Positions 9,657-19,487 of a stretch of 32,000 nt of DNA are shown piece by piece (positions within the stretch are counted from its first letter, which is position 1; each line of letters starts with the position of its first letter). Made by a program: the position numbers and the translations under genes. The notes beneath the pieces were generated by a model. The model saw only the letters and a list, made by a program, of their open reading frames with translations. It was not told where the DNA came from and ran no database searches. This DNA is from Synechococcus elongatus PCC 6301 (lineage in GTDB: Bacteria; Cyanobacteriota; Cyanobacteriia; Synechococcales; Synechococcaceae), in assembly GCF_000010065.1 (NCBI RefSeq), contig NC_006576.1, positions 1,320,001 through 1,352,000 of the forward strand. Reading direction: 5' to 3'.

Positions 9657-10490
9657 CTAGGCGTCAGCCGGTTCAATCCGGCCGTAGAACTGACCGACGA
9701 GTTTGACGTCGACGGCTTCTTTACCACCCATGTCCGTGTCGGATGGCTGGATCGCGGTGAACACGCCCGCCACTTCACCCGTAGCGCCATCAACTTTCGA
9801 GACAGCCAAGGAAATTTCCCCTTGACCAGTCACGAAACGCTTGACGTTTTCTTTCGTCAGGTCTTCTGCATCACCAGCCGAAGGAATTGCTACTGCGCTT
9901 TCGTAGCCCGTGGTCAGACCGCGCGCTTTGGGATCGAGGAAGTTCGAGGTGCGATAAGAAGGCACGCGATAGCCACCCCGCAGATCCGTCGAGGTGTTAA
10001 TGCTGGTTGCCGGCTCACTGGTGCTCGCCACCAAGCCCTTGACCGTGAACAGGAAGGGAACCTCTTCACCACCGGGGAGCAGAACCGTGATGGCTTGGAA
10101 ATCAATGCCACCTTTTTCGGTAAAGCTGACGGTGCCGTCTGCTTTCAGGGCCAAGTCACCGTAGACCTGATCCAAGCTCGAGGTGTAGCGGGTCAAGACT
10201 TTGCCCGGCACGAATTCTGCTTTCTGGCGCTTGTTGCCCGGCTCTTCTTTCACGAAGAACTCTTGCGGCTCTAGGCACAGATCAGTCAGAGCATATTTTT
10301 TACCCGCTTCCAAGGGGATGGTGCCCCGAGCGGATTCTTTCAGGGAGAGACACTTGTTGGCCAAGCCAGTGTCTTTGATTTGGTCGTAGGTGAGTGTGCC
10401 CAAATCTGCTGCCGTCGGGCCGCTGCTGCAGGCGGTCAGAACTCCGAGGCAGACTGCCAAAAACGCAGCCAGAAACGCGCGATACCGCAT
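9657..10490 (-). CDS. psbO: Photosystem II manganese-stabilizing protein PsbO
   Basis: TLTYDQIKDTGLANKCLSLKE, YALTDLCLEPQEFFVKEEPGNKRQKAEFVPGKVLTRYTSSLDQVYGDL, GFQAITVLLPGGEEVPFLFTVKGLVA. ATG at 10490 gives MRYRAFLAAFLAVCLG... Confidence 0.97.
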   Translation of the reverse strand: MRYRAFLAAFLAVCLGVLTACSSGPTAADLGTLTYDQIKDTGLANKCLSLKESARGTIPLEAGKKYALTDLCLEPQEFFVKEEPGNKRQKAEFVPGKVLTRYTSSLDQVYGDLALKADGTVSFTEKGGIDFQAITVLLPGGEEVPFLFTVKGLVASTSEPATSINTSTDLRGGYRVPSYRTSNFLDPKARGLTTGYESAVAIPSAGDAEDLTKENVKRFVTGQGEISLAVSKVDGATGEVAGVFTAIQPSDTDMGGKEAVDVKLVGQFYGRIEPADA

Positions 10491-10788
10491 ATCAGTCCTC
10501 AACTGTCCGTATCAAACAACCCCGCCCTGCGCTCAGTTGCACCGACGGTTCGACCGTAGCAGCGGAGCCTCGGGGAATTTTCGCTTGCCATTGTCCACCA
10601 GCCTCAGCGATCGCCAAAACGACTCACTGATGCTCCAGAAACAGCTAGAGCGAATGGTATTGATATCCATCAATCAGCATCCAAGGATGCCTCTCAGAAT
10701 TCTACACGTCAGGGTCGCGACGCTTAAGGTTCTATCTAGACTTAGCGGCAGGGTCCGCTAAAATCGACCCAATTTGGAAGGTCTAGGC

Positions 10789-11127
10789 ATGAATTCGGGT
10801 CGTCGCTCCAATGCGCCAGAGACTGTCAGGATTGATCTCCTGCCGCTCAAACAACAGGTGCAGGAACTTACACAACAACTGGAAGGCGACGCCGAAGGGC
10901 TGCTGGGCTTACTGCGGCTACTTGAGTATCTCCACCGTGAGATCCAAGATGGCTCCTTTCGCAAGGCTTTACCGACCGATCGCCAAGCTCTCTATGGCCT
11001 GTTGCGCGACATGGAAACTGCGGGTGGTTGGCCCTATATTCCCCGTCTCCAAATCCGAACTTTTTTGGAGTTGCTAGAAGCCGATCAGCCTTCTCTGAAA
11101 TCTGAAAACTCAGACACAAAAGCTTAA
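10789..11127 (+). CDS. Small conserved hypothetical protein (cyanobacterial type)
   Basis: 112-residue acidic ORF MNSGRRSNAPETVRIDLLPLKQQVQELTQQLEGDAEGLLGLLRLLEYLHREIQDGSFRKALPTDRQALYGLLRDMETAGGWPYIPRLQIRTFLELLE, with good coding character and convergent with coaBC. Confidence 0.7.
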   Translation: MNSGRRSNAPETVRIDLLPLKQQVQELTQQLEGDAEGLLGLLRLLEYLHREIQDGSFRKALPTDRQALYGLLRDMETAGGWPYIPRLQIRTFLELLEADQPSLKSENSDTKA

Positions 11128-12350
11128 AGATTTTTAACAAAATCTAAGATGGCATGAGCCAAGCTAAGTTTGCTGCGGAACCCCAAGGGCTGGGATGAGC
11201 CATCAGGACGCAGCGCGATCGCGGCATTAGTGGCACTGCCAAAGCCTTGACCGGGCTGATCGATCGCGTTGGCGATGATGGCGTCGAGTCCCTTGCGCTG
11301 CAATTTCGCGATCGCGGGTTCCAAAATCTCGCCAGTTTGGGCAGCAAACCCGATCAACTTCTGGTTTGGATACCGCTGCTGACTGAGCTGCGCCGCAATG
11401 TCGGGTAACAGTTGTAGTGGCAGTGAGGCTGGTAGTTCAGCCTTACTCAGCTTCTGGTGGGATCGCAGTTCCGGCCGGACATCGCCCACGGCTGCTGCGA
11501 GTAAAACCCAATCTGCAATCGGGGTTGCGGCAATCATCGCTTCAGCCAGTTCTTCGGTACTGACTACCGCTTGGCGATCGAGGCTCGTCAACAGCCCCGG
11601 CTCGATGTTGGTCAAAGGCGCGTGAATCAGCTGGACTTGAGCACCGCGATGTTGGGCCGCGATCGCTAGCATCACGCCCATCCGCCCGCTACTGGGATTG
11701 CCGATAAAGCGCACCGGATCGAGAAACTCGCGGGTGCCACCCGCATTGACCAGAATCTTCAGCCCTTGCAGATCGGCTTGTCCCTGGGTCCAGAGCAACG
11801 ATTCCAACCCTGCCAGAATCGCGATCGGTTCTGGCAAGCGACCACTGCCGACGCGATCGCAAGCTAAACGACCGCTCCCCGGTTCTAGGCCCAAGGTCTG
11901 AGGGCGCGATCGCAGAACCTGCCAGTTTTCTTGGACGATGGGCTGCAGCCACATATCCGTATTCATGGCGGGGGCGAGCAAGAGTGGGGCAGTCGTCGCG
12001 AGGACTGTATTGGTCAGTAGATTATCGGCCTGCCCATAGCGCAACTTCGCGAGGGTATTGGCAGTCAGCGGGGCGATCAGCATCACTTCCGCCCATTCCC
12101 CCAACTCGATATGGAGCGGACGACCATGACGAGCTGACCAAAAATCAGCGTCCGTATAGGCGGGATGGCGACAGAGAGTACTGAAACTGAAGGGAGCAAT
12201 AAACCGCTCCGCCCCCGCTGTCAGAATGACGCGCACCTCTGCACCGGCCTGCACCAACTGGGAGACCACTTCGCAGAGTTTATAGACCGCAATGCCGCCG
12301 CAGACACCAATCAGAATCCGACGACCGGCAAAAGAGGCGATCGCAGTCAC
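11124..12350 (-). CDS. coaBC: Bifunctional phosphopantothenoylcysteine decarboxylase/phosphopantothenate-cysteine ligase
   Basis: RRILIGVCGGIAVYKLCEVVSQLVQAGAEVRVILT, LIAPLTANTLAKLRYGQADNLLT, APAMNTDMW, ILVNAGGTREFLDPVRFIGNPSSGRMG, LIGFAAQTG, ANAID. Confidence 0.96.
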   Translation of the reverse strand: MTAIASFAGRRILIGVCGGIAVYKLCEVVSQLVQAGAEVRVILTAGAERFIAPFSFSTLCRHPAYTDADFWSARHGRPLHIELGEWAEVMLIAPLTANTLAKLRYGQADNLLTNTVLATTAPLLLAPAMNTDMWLQPIVQENWQVLRSRPQTLGLEPGSGRLACDRVGSGRLPEPIAILAGLESLLWTQGQADLQGLKILVNAGGTREFLDPVRFIGNPSSGRMGVMLAIAAQHRGAQVQLIHAPLTNIEPGLLTSLDRQAVVSTEELAEAMIAATPIADWVLLAAAVGDVRPELRSHQKLSKAELPASLPLQLLPDIAAQLSQQRYPNQKLIGFAAQTGEILEPAIAKLQRKGLDAIIANAIDQPGQGFGSATNAAIALRPDGSSQPLGFRSKLSLAHAILDFVKNL

Positions 12351-12353
12351 CGC

Positions 12354-12587
12354 TTAGGCCTCGTCAAATGCCTCAAGGTCGAGCAAATGGATGTAGTCAT
12401 CGACTAATTCGGGGCGTTGAAAGGCGATCGCCCGCAGTAAATGCCAGTCTTGGAGTCCTTCGAACGGTGAGCGGTAATCATCCGCTTCAAGCCGTGCTGC
12501 TAGGGCCGCTACCTCCGTCGGGGTCAGTTGCTCAATCTGTTCAGGCGAGAAGGATTGCACAGAACCTGTCATGGCACCGCTCCGCAA
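12354..12587 (-). CDS. Small conserved cyanobacterial hypothetical protein (resembles DUF2555 family)
   Basis: 77-residue ORF ending 3 nt upstream of coaBC: SFSPEQIEQLTPTEVAALAARLEADDYRSPFEGLQDWHLLRAIAFQRPELVDDYIHLLDLEAFDEA. The family name is recalled, not searched. Confidence 0.65.
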   Translation of the reverse strand: MRSGAMTGSVQSFSPEQIEQLTPTEVAALAARLEADDYRSPFEGLQDWHLLRAIAFQRPELVDDYIHLLDLEAFDEA

Positions 12588-12651
12588 GGGCTATCTCCAG
12601 TGTCCCACAGGGCGATCGAGCCGGGACCAGTGTTATGATTCATTCCGAATC

Positions 12652-12724
12652 GGGGCTATAGCTCAGTTGGTAGAGCGTACGGATCGCACCCGTAAGGCCA
12701 GGGGTTCGAATCCCCTTAGCTCCA
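12652..12724 (+). tRNA. tRNA-Ala (anticodon CGC)
   Basis: GGGGCTA TA GCTC AGTTGGTA GAGC G TACGG ATCGCAC CCGTA AGGCC AGGGG TTCGAAT CCCCT TAGCTCC A folds as a perfect cloverleaf. The 7-nt loop ATCGCAC gives CGC. A G3:U70 wobble in the acceptor stem is the alanine identity element. The 3' CCA is not encoded. Confidence 0.97.
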
Positions 12725-12744
12725 TAAAATGATCTCTTAAGTTT

Positions 12745-13881
12745 TCAAGAATCGATCGCTGCTGAGCCAACTGCTGCCGCCAAATTTGGAAGTCCAGCAG
12801 AGTCTAATCGCTCCAGCAACCCTTGCTGAATCGTCTTAACGAGCAGCGGCCCTTCATAGACCCAGCCCGTGTAAACCTGCACGAGACTTGCCCCAGCTAC
12901 AATCTTCTGCCACGCGTCTTCTGCACTGAAAATGCCGCCGACACCAATGATCGGCAACTGTCCTTGGGTGGTGCGATGGAGCAGACGAATCACCTCGGTC
13001 GAACGCGATCGCAGGGGAGCACCGCTAATGCCGCCCGCTTCTGTTGCCAGCGGTTCTCGCCGTCCGGGTAGATGCTCGACAGACAACAGGCTCTTATCGA
13101 TCGTGGTGTTGGTCGCAATAATGCCCGCCAACTGCTGTCGCTGAGCGAGATGAGCGATCGCGACAACCTCTTCGTCTACCAAGTCCGGTGCAATTTTGAG
13201 CAGCAGCGGTCGCTGTTCCGTATTCTCCGCCTGAAGTGCCGCCAGAATCGGCTCTAATTCTGTCACCGCTTGCAGCGATCGCAGTCCTGGTGTGTTCGGC
13301 GAGGAAACATTGACCACAAAGTAATCCCCAAGCGATCGCAGCGATCGAAAGCTACTGACGTAGTCCGAAACTGCTCCACTCAATGGCGTTAGCTTCGACT
13401 TGCCAAGGTTGATCCCGATCGGGATCGATCGCTGCCCCTCGGGGAAGTAGCCACGCAGGGTGTCTGCCAAGGCTTCTGCACTGGCATTGTTGAAACCCAT
13501 GCGGTTGAAAGCCGCCAAATCCTGGGGAATGCGGAACAGGCGAGGCCGCGGATTTCCCGGTTGTGCCAAGGCCGTGACTGTCCCCAGTTCGGCAAAGCCA
13601 AACCCCAGATCCGACCAAAGCGGTGCAGCAATACCATCCTTATCAAAGCCTGCCGCCAAGCCGACGGGCGTCGCGAACGTGAGCCCCCAGAGGGACATGG
13701 CTAGACGCGGATCCTGGAAGCCATAGGTTTGGCGGAGATAGCTGCGCAGGTTAGCAGCCAAAGGCGATCGCGATCGCGCCAATGTCGCCAGAAACCCCAG
13801 CGCATTGCGCGTCAGCCACTCAGGGTCAACATTCAGTTGCGACAGCAAGAGCGGCCGCAGCAGCGGGCGATAGAAATCCAC
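12745..13881 (-). CDS. pyrD: Dihydroorotate dehydrogenase (quinone, class 2)
   Basis: TPVGLAAGFDKDG, FGFAELGTVTALAQPGNPRPRLFRIP, NRMGFNN, VVNVSSPNTPGLR, NTTIDK, GGISGAPLRSRSTEVIRLL, IIGVGGIFSAEDAWQKIVAGASLVQVYTGWVYEGP. Confidence 0.96.
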   Translation of the reverse strand: MDFYRPLLRPLLLSQLNVDPEWLTRNALGFLATLARSRSPLAANLRSYLRQTYGFQDPRLAMSLWGLTFATPVGLAAGFDKDGIAAPLWSDLGFGFAELGTVTALAQPGNPRPRLFRIPQDLAAFNRMGFNNASAEALADTLRGYFPEGQRSIPIGINLGKSKLTPLSGAVSDYVSSFRSLRSLGDYFVVNVSSPNTPGLRSLQAVTELEPILAALQAENTEQRPLLLKIAPDLVDEEVVAIAHLAQRQQLAGIIATNTTIDKSLLSVEHLPGRREPLATEAGGISGAPLRSRSTEVIRLLHRTTQGQLPIIGVGGIFSAEDAWQKIVAGASLVQVYTGWVYEGPLLVKTIQQGLLERLDSAGLPNLAAAVGSAAIDS

Positions 13882-13889
13882 CGGCGGAC

Positions 13890-16736
13890 CTAAACCACCT
13901 CAGCTTGTGGACGGGCTTGAGGCTGCGGATCGAACATGAACATCGAGTAGATCACGTTGCGGCGAATCGCCGTCATCATCTCGAGGAACAGCTCGTAGCC
14001 CTCACTCTTATACTCCAGCAGTGGATCTTTTTGCCCATAGCCCCGCAGACCGACGGATTCGCGCAAGGCTTCCATCGCCTGCAAATGCTCACGCCAGAGC
14101 GTGTCGATCTGCTGAAGGATGAAGTAGCGTTCGGCCTGCCGCATCAAGCCTGGCTGGATTTGATCGATCTGGGCTTCTTTGAGGTCGTAGGCAATCCGCA
14201 ATTGCTCGTGCAGGAAGATCTTGATCGCCTCAGGAGACAGGTCTTCCAGTTGCTTGGCCTCTAGGTCTTCAAGCAGATAGACGAACTGCTTGACCTTATT
14301 GACCAGCTTTTCCAGATCCCACTCTTCCGACGGCAAATCCACATTGATGTGGGCATCGACGATTTCATCCATCGTCCGTTCGCCGTACTGAATCACTTGT
14401 TCTTTTAGCTCTCGTCCTTCGAGAACACGGCGGCGTTCTGCATAGATGGCACGACGCTGGTTGTTCATCACCTCGTCGTACTCAAACACCTGCTTGCGGA
14501 TGTCGTAGTAGTAGGTCTCGACCTTCTTCTGAGCACCCTCGAGCGATCGCGTCAGCATGCCCGACTCGATCGGCATATCTTCTTCGACGCGGAAGGCATT
14601 CATCAGTTTGGCCACGCGATCGCCACCAAAAATCCGCAGCAGGTTATCTTCCAAGCTCAGGAAGAAACGCGTGGATCCTGGGTCCCCTTGCCGACCGGCA
14701 CGACCGCGCAACTGGTTATCCACTCGGCGTGACTCGTGGCGTTCCGTACCAATCACATGCAGGCCGCCCAGTTCAACGACCTCGGCTTGCTCCTGCTTCG
14801 TGACTGCTTCGTATTCTTTGCGGACTTGCTGGTAGGCTTCCCGCAGTTTTTGAATCACCGGATCATCCGTCGGCGCCTTCTCAGCCGCCGTAGCGATCTT
14901 GTCTTCCGCTACCAGCTCCGAGAGGCTGTTACCGCCGTAGGTTTTCACCCCGAGGTCTACCGCTGCTTTCAGCAGCTTTTCGGCCTCAGTACTCAGTTCT
15001 GCTGGGAAAATATCCGACGACGCTTTCCAAGTCTTGCGTGGCTTCTGGCCGTTGGGCGACCCAAAACCTTGCGCTGCCGGGCGACCGCCCTCTAAACCAG
15101 CAACCCCAGCAATGCCAAAGCCATCCTCTTCGAAGCTGACCAGTTGCGGCATCCAATACTCGCGCAGCTTCAGCCGCGCCATGTAGTCCGCATTACCGCC
15201 CAAGATGATGTCGGTCCCGCGACCTGCCATGTTGGTCGAAATCGTGACGGCACCCCGACGGCCTGCCTGTGCAACGATTTCCGCCTCGCGTTCTACGTTT
15301 TCGGGTTTGGCGTTGAGCAGGTTGTGGGGGATGCCCTGCTCATTCAGCAGTTGTGACAGGAACTCCGACTTCTCAACACTGGTAGTACCGACCAGAACAG
15401 GACGACCTTCCGCGTGCAGTTCAGCACAGTCCGCTGCGATCGCACGCCACTTGCCGATCTCAGTTTTGTAGACGACATCAGGCTGATCCCGACGACGGCT
15501 GACTCGGTTGGTCGGAACAACGGTTACTTCTAGCTTGTAAGTCTTCTCAAACTCCAACTCTTCTGTCTTCGCCGTACCGGTCATGCCCGACAGTTTGGGG
15601 TAGAGCAGGAAGAAGTTTTGGTAAGTAATCGAAGCAAGGGTTTGGGTTTCGGGTTGAATCTCGACGCCTTCCTTCGACTCCACGGCCTGATGCAGACCAT
15701 CACTCCAGCGACGCCCAGGCATCACGCGCCCTGTGAACTCATCGACGATGACAATCTCGCCACCGCGCACGATGTAGTTCACATCTTTAATGAACAGCTC
15801 CTTGGCCTTAATCGCATTAAAGATGTAGTGAGCCCAAGGGTCATTGGAGTCAAACAGATCGCTGACACCTAACAATTGCTCAGCGTTGATAAAGCCTTGA
15901 TCCGTCAGCAGGACATTACGGCCTTTTTCGTCAACTTCGTAATCGCCATCCGGCTCTTCTTCACTGTCCGTATTCGTCGATCGCTGCAAGAGCGCCGCGA
16001 CTTCCGATGCCCGCATGTATTTTTCGCTCGGGCGATCGACCTGACCGGAAATGATCAAGGGTGTCCGGGCTTCGTCGATCAGAATCGAGTCCACCTCGTC
16101 GATCACGGCGTAGTTGAAGGGACGCTGGACTACCTCTTCAATCACTGCGGCCATGTTGTCGCGCAGGTAATCAAAGCCCAGTTCGCTGTTGGTAGCGTAG
16201 GTAATGTCGCAGTTGTAGTTGCGGCGACGCTCTTCCGGCGACATTCCCTGCTGGATTAGGCCAACACTCAAGCCTAGGAAGCGGTGGACTTGTCCCATCC
16301 ATTCCGCGTCGCGGCGAGCCAAGTAGTCGTTGACGGTGACGACGTGCGCACCTTTACCCGACAGTGCATTGAGATAGGACGGCAGCGTAGCGACGAGGGT
16401 TTTCCCTTCACCCGTCTTCATCTCGGCAATCTGACCGTCGTGCAGAATCATGCCGCCGATCATCTGCACATCAAAGTGGCGCAGCCCCAGCACTCGTTTA
16501 CTGGCTTCGCGCATGACCGCAAAGGCTTCGGGCAGCAACTCCGCCAGCAATTCCTTCTCTGCAGCTGGCGAGTGGGAAACCTTGTCGAGCTTCTGGCGAA
16601 ACTCAGCCGTTTTGGCAATTAAATCCTTGTCGGACAGTGGCTCAATGTCCTCTTCCAACAGATTGATTTCAGTGACGAGGGGTTTGTACTTTTTGACTTT
16701 GCGGACGTTGGGATCGCCCAGCAGCAAATTCAGCAT
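13890..16736 (-). CDS. secA: Preprotein translocase ATPase SecA
   Basis: [21 protein letters not shown] start, [96 protein letters not shown] at 16736 replaces the listed upstream start at 16784. Confidence 0.97.
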   Translation of the reverse strand: MLNLLLGDPNVRKVKKYKPLVTEINLLEEDIEPLSDKDLIAKTAEFRQKLDKVSHSPAAEKELLAELLPEAFAVMREASKRVLGLRHFDVQMIGGMILHDGQIAEMKTGEGKTLVATLPSYLNALSGKGAHVVTVNDYLARRDAEWMGQVHRFLGLSVGLIQQGMSPEERRRNYNCDITYATNSELGFDYLRDNMAAVIEEVVQRPFNYAVIDEVDSILIDEARTPLIISGQVDRPSEKYMRASEVAALLQRSTNTDSEEEPDGDYEVDEKGRNVLLTDQGFINAEQLLGVSDLFDSNDPWAHYIFNAIKAKELFIKDVNYIVRGGEIVIVDEFTGRVMPGRRWSDGLHQAVESKEGVEIQPETQTLASITYQNFFLLYPKLSGMTGTAKTEELEFEKTYKLEVTVVPTNRVSRRRDQPDVVYKTEIGKWRAIAADCAELHAEGRPVLVGTTSVEKSEFLSQLLNEQGIPHNLLNAKPENVEREAEIVAQAGRRGAVTISTNMAGRGTDIILGGNADYMARLKLREYWMPQLVSFEEDGFGIAGVAGLEGGRPAAQGFGSPNGQKPRKTWKASSDIFPAELSTEAEKLLKAAVDLGVKTYGGNSLSELVAEDKIATAAEKAPTDDPVIQKLREAYQQVRKEYEAVTKQEQAEVVELGGLHVIGTERHESRRVDNQLRGRAGRQGDPGSTRFFLSLEDNLLRIFGGDRVAKLMNAFRVEEDMPIESGMLTRSLEGAQKKVETYYYDIRKQVFEYDEVMNNQRRAIYAERRRVLEGRELKEQVIQYGERTMDEIVDAHINVDLPSEEWDLEKLVNKVKQFVYLLEDLEAKQLEDLSPEAIKIFLHEQLRIAYDLKEAQIDQIQPGLMRQAERYFILQQIDTLWREHLQAMEALRESVGLRGYGQKDPLLEYKSEGYELFLEMMTAIRRNVIYSMFMFDPQPQARPQAEVV

Positions 16737-16921
16737 AGTGGCAGCGGTTAGGCGAAAAACAGGCGAGAACCCGCGCCGGAGCAAGTCTCTCGCTTATCCT
16801 ATCATCGCGATTGAAGTGCTTGGAGACTCGTCAGACGACCGCTCGGCATTCCAGCCGGAGTGATATTCTGCCTCTGGATTCGTCCTGTCCGCAGTGTTTT
16901 GTTCGGAGGCTTTGCTGTCGC

Positions 16922-18280
16922 ATGGTTGCTGTTGCCATTTTGGCTGCGGGCAAAGGAACCCGGATGAAATCGCAGCTACCGAAGGTATTGCACCGGCTCG
17001 GTAGTCAAACCTTGCTCGATCGCGTACTGGCAAGCCTCACCCCTCTCAACGTCGATCGCTGCTTCGTGATCGTCGGCTATCAGGGCGATCGCGTGCGGGA
17101 ATCATGGGCGCACCGGACTGACATTGAATTTGTCGAACAGACCCAGCAACTGGGAACCGGTCATGCGGTCCAGCAACTCTTGCCGCACCTCAAGGGTTAC
17201 CAAGGCGATCTGCTGGTGCTGAATGGTGATGTGCCGCTGCTGCGGGGCGAAACCCTCGAGGCCTTAGTCTCAGGGCATCAACGCAGTGGGGCTGCAGCAA
17301 CTCTTCTAACAGCGCAACTCAATCAACCTAAAGGCTATGGCCGTGTCTTTTGCGATGCCACCAGCCGGGTTTGCGAAATTATTGAAGATCGCGACTGCAC
17401 TCCAGCTCAGCGCCAAAATCCCCGCGTCAATGCCGGCGTCTACTGCTTCCGCTGGCCAGATCTGGAAGCTGTGCTGCCAAATCTGAGCACCGCTAACGAC
17501 CAGCAAGAGTATTACCTAACGGAAGCAATCACCTATCTTGATCCGGTTTCTGCTGTTGAAGTCGCGGATAGTCAGGAGATTTTAGGCATCAACGATCGCC
17601 TACAGCTAGCCGACTCCTTCCGTATCTTGCAGGAGCGAATTCGCCAGCAATGGATGTTGGCGGGCGTAACGCTCGTCGATCCAACCAGCATCACGATCGA
17701 CGAAACCGTCCAACTTGGCACGGATGTAGTGATTGAGCCCCAGACCCATCTGCGTGGCAACACAGTGATTGGCAACAATTGCTCGATCGGCCCCAATAGT
17801 CTGATTACGAATAGTCAGATTGGCGACGGTGTCACGGTTCAGATGTCGGTGATTAGCGACAGCACGATCGCAGCCAACAGCAAAATTGGCCCCTTCGCTC
17901 ACCTGCGCGGAGCCGCCGCGATCGGGGAAGCCTGCCGGATTGGCAACTTTGTCGAAGTCAAGAAATCCACGGTTGGCGATCGCACCAATGTTGCGCACCT
18001 GTCCTACTTAGGGGATGCCACCTTAGGACAACGAGTCAACGTCGGTGCGGGCACAATTACAGCCAACTATGACGGCGTTAGCAAGCATCCAACGGTGATC
18101 GGCGATCGCAGTAAAACAGGGGCGAATAGCGTCTTGGTTGCCCCCGTCACGATCGGCCAAGATGTCACGATTGCTGCTGGTTCAACCATCAATAAAGATG
18201 TGCCCGATGGCGCGTTAGCGATCGCCCGTAGTCGTCAAACCATTCATGAGAATTGGTCGACTCCTACAACAGAGCAGTGA
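16922..18280 (+). CDS. glmU: Bifunctional UDP-GlcNAc pyrophosphorylase / glucosamine-1-phosphate acetyltransferase
   Basis: [32 protein letters not shown] nucleotidyltransferase motif plus a C-terminal left-handed beta-helix hexapeptide region ([63 protein letters not shown]). The start at 16811 is upstream of the conserved N-terminus. Confidence 0.96.
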   Translation: MVAVAILAAGKGTRMKSQLPKVLHRLGSQTLLDRVLASLTPLNVDRCFVIVGYQGDRVRESWAHRTDIEFVEQTQQLGTGHAVQQLLPHLKGYQGDLLVLNGDVPLLRGETLEALVSGHQRSGAAATLLTAQLNQPKGYGRVFCDATSRVCEIIEDRDCTPAQRQNPRVNAGVYCFRWPDLEAVLPNLSTANDQQEYYLTEAITYLDPVSAVEVADSQEILGINDRLQLADSFRILQERIRQQWMLAGVTLVDPTSITIDETVQLGTDVVIEPQTHLRGNTVIGNNCSIGPNSLITNSQIGDGVTVQMSVISDSTIAANSKIGPFAHLRGAAAIGEACRIGNFVEVKKSTVGDRTNVAHLSYLGDATLGQRVNVGAGTITANYDGVSKHPTVIGDRSKTGANSVLVAPVTIGQDVTIAAGSTINKDVPDGALAIARSRQTIHENWSTPTTEQ

Positions 18281-18291
18281 TCGATTCACAA

Positions 18292-18753
18292 CTATTCCGA
18301 CGTTGCTTTGTTCTTATTTTTGCTGATCGTGTAGGCCGCGATCGCAGCAGTGATCGAACTGAAGGTTCCGATCCCGCCCAGCATTAAAGCGATCGCGAGA
18401 ATCCGCCCCGCTGTCGTCACTGGATAGATGTCACCATAACCAACCGTTGTAATCGTCACAACCGTCCACCAAAAAGCATCCCAAAGGCTACTAACGTTTT
18501 CGTTGACATTCACTTCCATGTAGTAGAAGCCAAGGGCTGCTGACATCACGACCACGCCGCCTAGCGTTGCAATGTAGAGAAGGTAAGTTTTCTCAGCAAA
18601 ACGGGCAGAAGCCTCGAGAATAATGCGGAAGCGGACTAGAAATCGGACAAAGCGCAGTAGCCGTATCAGGCGAAAGAGTCGAACAATCCGGAGCCCGCGC
18701 AAGGCTTGAAATACAAAGTCATGATAGGAATTGAAGCGAGTAGCTCCCACCAA
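18292..18753 (-). CDS. C-terminal part (S4-pore-S6) of a voltage-gated K+ channel, out of frame with its N-terminal part
   Basis: S4-like QALRGLRIVRLFRLIRLLRFVRFLVRFR, pore and filter WDAFWWTVVTITTVGYGDIYPVTTAGRILA, S6 IALMLGGIGTFSSITAAIAAYTI. Begins only at a TTG codon just after a TAA. Confidence 0.75.
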   Translation of the reverse strand: MVGATRFNSYHDFVFQALRGLRIVRLFRLIRLLRFVRFLVRFRIILEASARFAEKTYLLYIATLGGVVVMSAALGFYYMEVNVNENVSSLWDAFWWTVVTITTVGYGDIYPVTTAGRILAIALMLGGIGTFSSITAAIAAYTISKNKNKATSE

Positions 18754-18986
18754 TATTTACGGAAGAAAAGAACCTTATTCTCTGCGAGGAAGAAGCGGAC
18801 AAAAAACTCGATGAGAAAAATGCAGGCAATTACCGTATCGGCGACTTGAAGCGCGTAGGTTTGCTCTGGAGTATGAGCACTCAGCACTTCAAAAAAGAGC
18901 AGAAAGACATCAACCAACGCCAAAGCCACCATGAGCAAGTCATCGAGGATGCTCTTTTCAAGGGCGGTTTTGAGGTCTGAGGTCAT
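18666..18986 (-). CDS. N-terminal part (S1-S3) of the same ion channel; frameshifted fragment
   Basis: LLMVALALVDVFLLFFEVL ... VADTVIACIFLIEFFVRFFLAENKVLFFRKYWWELLASIPI is typical of S1-S3 of 6TM ion channels. It then runs into the non-homologous tail MTLYFKPCAGSGLFDSFA* while the S4 sequence continues in another frame. Confidence 0.7.
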   Translation of the reverse strand: MTSDLKTALEKSILDDLLMVALALVDVFLLFFEVLSAHTPEQTYALQVADTVIACIFLIEFFVRFFLAENKVLFFRKYWWELLASIPIMTLYFKPCAGSGLFDSFA

Positions 18987-19040
18987 GCCATATCGCGGCT
19001 AGGCCGAGGAGTCGCTTGTAGTCGCAGATGTCACTGAAGC

Positions 19041-19403
19041 CTAGTCTTGTTGCGATCGCCGATAGGCCAAAAGCCAATTGGTCATCGTGGCGCGGCGGGT
19101 TTTGCGAGGCACCAATTCATTGATCGAGTAACCCGCAAATCCTAGCTCCTCTTTGAGCAGTTGTTTATAAGGTGCTGGAATCGATCGCGTTAATTTGACC
19201 GTGGCAGGCCGACTAGCAATAAAGTCGGGCGGCTCTGGATAATCCTGTCGCCACTCAGGGGCGACTAGGTCCGTTTTCCAACAGGATTGGGCTTCATCCC
19301 AGACATAGCCCAAAGCCTGCCAAACCAAAGCATTGGCTTCGGCATCCGACAGCTCATCTTTGAGGATGGCCCAAAGCAACTCATCAGTAATTGTGATGCC
19401 CAT
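19041..19403 (-). CDS. Conserved cyanobacterial hypothetical protein (resembles DUF1823)
   Basis: 120-residue ORF MGITITDELLWAILKDELSDAEANALVWQALGYVWDEAQSCWKTDLVAPEWRQDYPEPPDFIASRPATVKLTRSIPAPYKQLLKEELGF. The family name is recalled, not searched. Confidence 0.7.
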   Translation of the reverse strand: MGITITDELLWAILKDELSDAEANALVWQALGYVWDEAQSCWKTDLVAPEWRQDYPEPPDFIASRPATVKLTRSIPAPYKQLLKEELGFAGYSINELVPRKTRRATMTNWLLAYRRSQQD

Positions 19404-19487
19404 CCTGATTGAGGTCCTTCCCTATCAAAAAGGCTAAGGAGCGATCGCCCCTCAGCCCAAATCAACCCTTTTAATCAGTCGCTACCC

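Noticed and set aside
11124-12350. coaBC and coaE in the same window as evidence of a coenzyme A gene cluster
   Set aside because: They are about 19 kb apart and separated by many unrelated genes. Co-location looks incidental.
12652-12724. tRNA as an integration site for a genomic island
   Set aside because: No integrase is nearby, the flanking genes (coaBC, pyrD, secA) are core, and I saw no repeat of the tRNA 3' end in the neighbourhood.
13782-14264. 160-aa plus-strand ORF across the pyrD-secA junction
   Set aside because: Antisense to the conserved 5' end of pyrD and the C-terminus of secA. The His/Gln-rich shadow translation has no domain.
18668-18756. Programmed -1 ribosomal frameshifting as the default explanation for the split channel
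   Set aside because: I see no strong slippery heptamer or obvious downstream pseudoknot. A mutation or sequencing error is at least as likely, so I report only the split itself.
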